Shown: in pieces, positions 38,251-42,024 of the stretch
Position numbering within the stretch: the first letter of the stretch is position 1
How the letters are laid out: the number at the start of each line of letters is the position of its first letter
NCBI GenBank assembly: GCA_049691735.1
Contig: JBAVOD010000343.1
Coordinates: 1 to 42,024 of the forward strand
Length of the DNA stretch: 42,024 nt
DNA from: Bacteroidales bacterium
GTDB taxonomy: Bacteria > Bacteroidota > Bacteroidia > Bacteroidales > VadinHA17
Direction of reading: 5' to 3'
Program-made: the position numbers and the translations under genes
The notes under the pieces: model-generated
What the model saw: the letters and a program-made list of their open reading frames with translations, nothing else
What the model was told of the DNA's origin: nothing
Databases searched by the model: none

Positions 38251-38344
38251 CCCCCGTTTCGGGCTTATCCCCAACCCCCCGTATCGGCTTACCCCCAACC
38301 CCCCGGAGGGGGCCTTAAAAATGTGCAGTCATCAAAGTCCCCCC
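38251..38344. repeat. Intergenic repeat locus 6: C-tract array (G-tracts on the minus strand) plus a hairpin unit
   Basis: Plus-strand C-tracts lie at 38251-55, 38269-72, 38275-80, 38292-96 and 38299-38304, followed by GGAGGGGG. The minus strand reads CCCCCTCCGGGGGGTTGGGGGTAAGCCGATACGGGGGGTTGGGGATAAGCCCGAAACGGGGG. The tail ccttaaaaatgtgcagtcatcaaagtcccccc resembles the locus 5 units. Confidence 0.8.
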
Positions 38345-38353
38345 ACGAGGAAT

Positions 38354-41300
38354 TTAGAGGTGTTCACCGCGTGACGCCTCAAGAATTTTGTTCAGTAACG
38401 ATATGGCTTCATCAACCGACATTACCCCGGTGATTGTCAGGCTCAGCCTGGATTCTTTCTGTTTCACGTGCATCTTACCCTGATGCCGGTTCACATAGTT
38501 CATGATGGATACGAAAAGAGGTCCGCGATAAAAACCTGAGTCGGGATCTGATATGAAATTTGCTATCAGAAGGTCATTCTTAAGAAGGATCTTCTCTATC
38601 CCCAGCTTTATTGCAATCCATTTAACCCTCACTATTCCGAGAAGGGCTTTTGCCTGATAAGGAAGCGGTCCGAACCTGTCAGTCAGCCTTGCTTCAAATG
38701 CTTCGAGTGCCTCTTCGGTCTCAATTTCATTCAGCTCCTTGTACAGCCTGATCCTTTCTGATATGTTTGATACATATTCATCGGGAAACATAATTTCAAG
38801 ATCAGTATCTATCTGAAAATCTGATACAAAGGATTTTGGCTTTTCTTCCTTCCTTGCCTCTTCAGAATTTAGGCCTTCAACGGACTCCCCGGCCATTTCT
38901 GTCTCCTTCAGTTCAGCAAGTGCTTCATTCAGGATCCTCTGATATGTTTCAAACCCGACATCGGCAATAAAACCGCTCTGCTCACCTCCAAGAAGGTTAC
39001 CCGAGCCTCTGATATCAAGATCCTGCATTGCAATATTCAGTCCGCTTCCCAGCTCGGAAAACTCCTCAATAGCCTTCAGGCGCCTCCTGGCTTCGTGCGT
39101 CAGGTTGTCGAAGGGCGGCGCCAGCAGATAGCAGAATGCCTTTTTGTTTGAACGTCCGACCCTGCCCCTTAACTGGTGAAGTTCTGAAAGTCCGAAATGA
39201 TGCGCATCGTTTATGAAGATCGTATTGGCATTGGGGATATCAAGCCCCGATTCGATGATTGTGGTGGCGATCAGGACATCATAATCTCCCTGGATAAAAT
39301 CAAACATGACATTTTCAATATCCTTTCCTTCCATTCTGCCATGAACGACAGCGGTTTTTACATTGGGACAGATACGGCCGATCTTTTGCTGGAACTCCCT
39401 GATGTTCTCGACCCTGTTATGAATAAAAAAGACCTGGCCGCCCCGTGATACCTCGTATTCGATGCCCTCCTTTATGATCTCTTCATTAAAGCCATGGATT
39501 TCGGTAACTATCGGCATCCTGTTTGGTGGGGGTGTATTAATTACGGAAAGATCACGGGCTCCCATAAGTGAAAACTGCAATGTACGCGGGATAGGAGTGG
39601 CAGTAAGAGTGAGAGTGTCGACATTAGTCCTGAACTTTTTCAGCTTTTCCTTGGTAGAAACGCCAAACCTCTGCTCTTCATCAATTATGAGGAGGCCGAG
39701 TTCCTTGAATTTTATATTATCACTTACCAGCTTATGTGTGCCGATTATTATATCAATTTTGCCTTCAGCCAGTTCCTTTATTATCTTCTTCTGATCGGCA
39801 GGTTTACGGTGCCTTGAAATATAGTCAACGTTGCACGGGAACCCCTTCAGACGTGATGTGAAAGTTTTGTAATGCTGAAAGGCAAGGATAGTGGTCGGAA
39901 CAAGAACGGCCGTCTGTCTGCTGTCGGCTGCCGATTTGAAAGCAGCCCTGATTGCAACCTCTGTCTTACCGAATCCGACATCCCCGCAAACAAGCCTGTC
40001 CATCGGGTGAGGAGCCTCCATATCCTTCTTTACCGCAATTGTGGCATTAAGCTGGTCGGGAGTATCCTCATATATAAAGGATGCTTCCAGCTCTCTCTGA
40101 AGGTATGAATCGGGAGTAAATGAATAACCGGGCGATGCCATTCTCTTTGCATAGAGCTGGATCAGGTCTTTCGCAATATCCTTGACTCTCCTTTTTGTCG
40201 ATTGTTTCAGCTTCTGCCAGGCCCCTGAACCCAGCTTATAGATCTTCGGCTCCGATCCGTCCTTTCCCTTGTACTTTGAAATCCTGTAAAGCGAATGAAT
40301 TCCAACATAAAGGATATCATTGTCCTTGTAAACCAGCTTGATCGCCTCCTGAACCTTCCCGTTGACCTCAATTTTCTCAAGTCCTCCGAACCTGCCGATC
40401 CCGTGATCGATATGGACCACATAATCACCGGGATTGAGGCCTGTTAATTCTTTAACAGAGATGCTTTCCTTATGCGTAAAATATCCCCGGATCCTGAATT
40501 TATGATACCTGTCAAATATCTGATGATCGGTGAATATTGATATACGCAGGTCATGATCGGTGAATCCGCCATGAAGGCTCAATAACAGGGCTGTGAACTG
40601 GACTCCGGGATTGATCTCAGCAAATATGTCCCTCAGCCTGTCGATCTGCGACTGGCTTTCAGAGACAATGAAGGTCAGGTAACCATCAAGGGTATTCGAA
40701 ACAAGCTTTTCAGAAAGCAGTTCGAAATTCTTGTTGAAAACAGGCTGAGGTTCGGTTCTGAATGTAACGTTTACAGAGGGGGAATAGACGCTTTGCCTTC
40801 CAAGGCAGACTATCCTGAAGCTTTCACAGTACTCCAGGAATCCGTTGCCTGTCATTACAGTTTCCTTCTTCCCTGAGATCTGGCCTGCGTCTTCTCTCTG
40901 TCCGGTCTGGGAATAGATACTGTTCATTTTATCCCTTACATAGGCAGGGTCTTCTATCCAGATCACAGAGGATGGAGGCAGGAAATCGGTGAACGAATCC
41001 TTCACCGATTCTATCGAAATGTCCTGGATATTTGGTATTACCGAAATCTGATCAAGAACATTCACCGACAGCTGGTCATCGGTATTAAAAGTTCTGAGCG
41101 AGTCGACTTCTTCACCGAAAAAATCAATTCTGTAGGGAAGGTCGGCAGAATAGGAAAAGACATCGACAATGCTGCCCCTGACAGAATACTGACCGGGTTC
41201 ATAAACAAAGTCGACCCTCTCAAATTTATATTCATTGAGCATCTCTTCCAGGAATTCAGGCGAGAGCCTTTCACCCTTCTTTATCTGGAATGTATTCTTT

Positions 41301-41719
41301 TTGAGATTCTTACGGCTGATCACCTTCTCCATCAGGGCTTCAGGATAGGAAACAATGACTGATTTTCTTTTTCCTGAAGCAAGGTGGTTCAGCACTTCAG
41401 TCCTCAGGACAATATTTGCCGGCTCTGTCTGCTCATACTGAACCGAACGCTTGTATGTTGACGGGAAGAAGAATACATTATCGTCCCCGGCAAGTGCCGC
41501 CACGTCGTTATAAAAGTATGCAGCATCCTCCTTTTCAGGAATAATGACAAGATGAGATGTCTGCAACCGGCTGAAAACTGTTTCGAGCAGAAGAGCTTTT
41601 GCAGAGCCTGCCAGACCATCGGCCTGTAATTTACCTGTTGAATTATTGTCCAGGAAATCAAGCAACTGCAACGTCCCGGGATGCTCCCGGTATAGTTCCG
41701 CTATCTCAACCTTTTTCAT
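38354..41719 (-). CDS. mfd: Transcription-repair coupling factor
   Basis: The CarD-like region is followed by superfamily-2 helicase motifs (CGDVGFGKTEVA, IIDEEQRFGV, TLTATPIPRTL, QLRGRVGRS) and a C-terminal TRCF domain. I preferred the start at ATG 41719 (MKKVEIAELY). The 41785 start would overlap fbp and the candidate -7 box. Confidence 0.95.
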   Translation of the reverse strand: MKKVEIAELYREHPGTLQLLDFLDNNSTGKLQADGLAGSAKALLLETVFSRLQTSHLVIIPEKEDAAYFYNDVAALAGDDNVFFFPSTYKRSVQYEQTEPANIVLRTEVLNHLASGKRKSVIVSYPEALMEKVISRKNLKKNTFQIKKGERLSPEFLEEMLNEYKFERVDFVYEPGQYSVRGSIVDVFSYSADLPYRIDFFGEEVDSLRTFNTDDQLSVNVLDQISVIPNIQDISIESVKDSFTDFLPPSSVIWIEDPAYVRDKMNSIYSQTGQREDAGQISGKKETVMTGNGFLEYCESFRIVCLGRQSVYSPSVNVTFRTEPQPVFNKNFELLSEKLVSNTLDGYLTFIVSESQSQIDRLRDIFAEINPGVQFTALLLSLHGGFTDHDLRISIFTDHQIFDRYHKFRIRGYFTHKESISVKELTGLNPGDYVVHIDHGIGRFGGLEKIEVNGKVQEAIKLVYKDNDILYVGIHSLYRISKYKGKDGSEPKIYKLGSGAWQKLKQSTKRRVKDIAKDLIQLYAKRMASPGYSFTPDSYLQRELEASFIYEDTPDQLNATIAVKKDMEAPHPMDRLVCGDVGFGKTEVAIRAAFKSAADSRQTAVLVPTTILAFQHYKTFTSRLKGFPCNVDYISRHRKPADQKKIIKELAEGKIDIIIGTHKLVSDNIKFKELGLLIIDEEQRFGVSTKEKLKKFRTNVDTLTLTATPIPRTLQFSLMGARDLSVINTPPPNRMPIVTEIHGFNEEIIKEGIEYEVSRGGQVFFIHNRVENIREFQQKIGRICPNVKTAVVHGRMEGKDIENVMFDFIQGDYDVLIATTIIESGLDIPNANTIFINDAHHFGLSELHQLRGRVGRSNKKAFCYLLAPPFDNLTHEARRRLKAIEEFSELGSGLNIAMQDLDIRGSGNLLGGEQSGFIADVGFETYQRILNEALAELKETEMAGESVEGLNSEEARKEEKPKSFVSDFQIDTDLEIMFPDEYVSNISERIRLYKELNEIETEEALEAFEARLTDRFGPLPYQAKALLGIVRVKWIAIKLGIEKILLKNDLLIANFISDPDSGFYRGPLFVSIMNYVNRHQGKMHVKQKESRLSLTITGVMSVDEAISLLNKILEASRGEHL

Positions 41720-41736
41720 TTTGCCGTTTGTGCCGG

Positions 41737-41744
41737 CAAATTTA
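41737..41744 (-). promoter_or_regulatory. Candidate -7 promoter box (TAAATTTG) for mfd
   Basis: On the minus strand it reads TAAATTTG, an exact TAnnTTTG match, 18 nt upstream of ATG 41719. The inverted repeat TTTGCCG-n7-CGGCAAA (41721-41741) lies next to the box, and its upstream arm overlaps the box at 41737-41741. Confidence 0.35.
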
Positions 41745-41765
41745 ATATCATTTTCCGTGAATTCT

Positions 41766-42024
41766 TCAGGCCAGGTAAGTCTCAAGCAATTTTATCATGT
41801 TCCTCGATCCGGCGTAAAATGGTGTTCGCTGGTGAATTGCCGACGGAACCAGATCGAGTATCCTCTTGCTGCCATTTGTGGCAGCTCCGCCTGCCTGCTC
41901 TGCCAGAAAAGCCATTGCATTGCATTCGTAAACAATGCGCAATTTGCCACCGGGATTCTTGTCATTGCCCGGATACATGAAGATCCCGCCAATAAGCAGG
42001 TTCCTGTGGAAATCGGAAACCAGC
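41766..42024 (-). CDS. fbp: Fructose-1,6-bisphosphatase class I, C-terminal part; the gene continues past the window edge
   Basis: My translation is [71 protein letters not shown]. This is the conserved FBPase C-terminal region. Confidence 0.85.
   Translation of the reverse strand, partial: LVSDFHRNLLIGGIFMYPGNDKNPGGKLRIVYECNAMAFLAEQAGGAATNGSKRILDLVPSAIHQRTPFYAGSRNMIKLLETYLA

Noticed and set aside
8114-38344. Calling the dispersed repeats MITEs or another mobile element.
   Set aside because: I could not identify terminal inverted repeats, target-site duplications, or any transposase or RAYT gene in the window. The units are modular and shuffled rather than discrete. I report them as a repeat family only.
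41720-41785. The 22-codon N-terminal extension of mfd (start at 41785).
   Set aside because: It would overlap the 3' end of fbp by 20 nt and include the TAAATTTG promoter-like box. ATG 41719 (MKKVEIAELY) gives a typical Mfd N-terminus.
1-42024. Search of all spacers longer than 60 bp for tRNA, rRNA, riboswitch or other structured RNA genes.
   Set aside because: I saw no cloverleaf-compatible sequence, rRNA-like segment or recognisable riboswitch core by eye. The only structured candidates are the GC-hairpin repeats, which I report separately. A covariance-model scan would be needed to be definitive.

Overview
The window looks like a core chromosomal segment of a Bacteroidota genome. Supporting signs are a SusC/SusD pair, TAnnTTTG-type -7 boxes, adjacent parE-parC, a coaX-lptC-CNNM block and PorV/PorQ-like outer-membrane barrels. 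About 33 protein genes are dense and intact, and most are housekeeping: fucK'/fucI, lipA-lipB, recJ, purE, hpt, adk, obg, a PAP2 phosphatase, lplA, a plsC-like gene, parE/parC, aroK, gpmI, coaX, mfd and fbp'. I found no rRNA, tRNA, CRISPR array, transposase or integrase.

Three things stand out:
1. A co-oriented gene pair at 22435-27242 encodes a 582-aa HEAT/ARM-like protein and a 1010-aa STAND-type P-loop NTPase. The NTPase has no N-terminal effector and continues through a hydrophobic helix, a coiled coil and seven WD40 blades. This is the best candidate for an uncharacterised sensing or conflict module.
2. A family of GC-hairpin/G-tract repeats (C5-7, short loop, G5-7, often followed by TTGGGGGG, with conserved flanks) occupies six intergenic spacers and no coding sequence. 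Two of the loci have strong G-quadruplex potential.
3. Several poorly understood gene pairs are present. These are a helix-hairpin-helix outer-membrane barrel next to a PorV/PorQ-like barrel, a tightly coupled acyltransferase / methyltransferase-like / membrane MutS-like trio, and an in-frame 12-bp tandem repeat inside lplA.

All calls rest on reading the supplied translations and DNA by eye. No database search, HMM scan or structure prediction was run.
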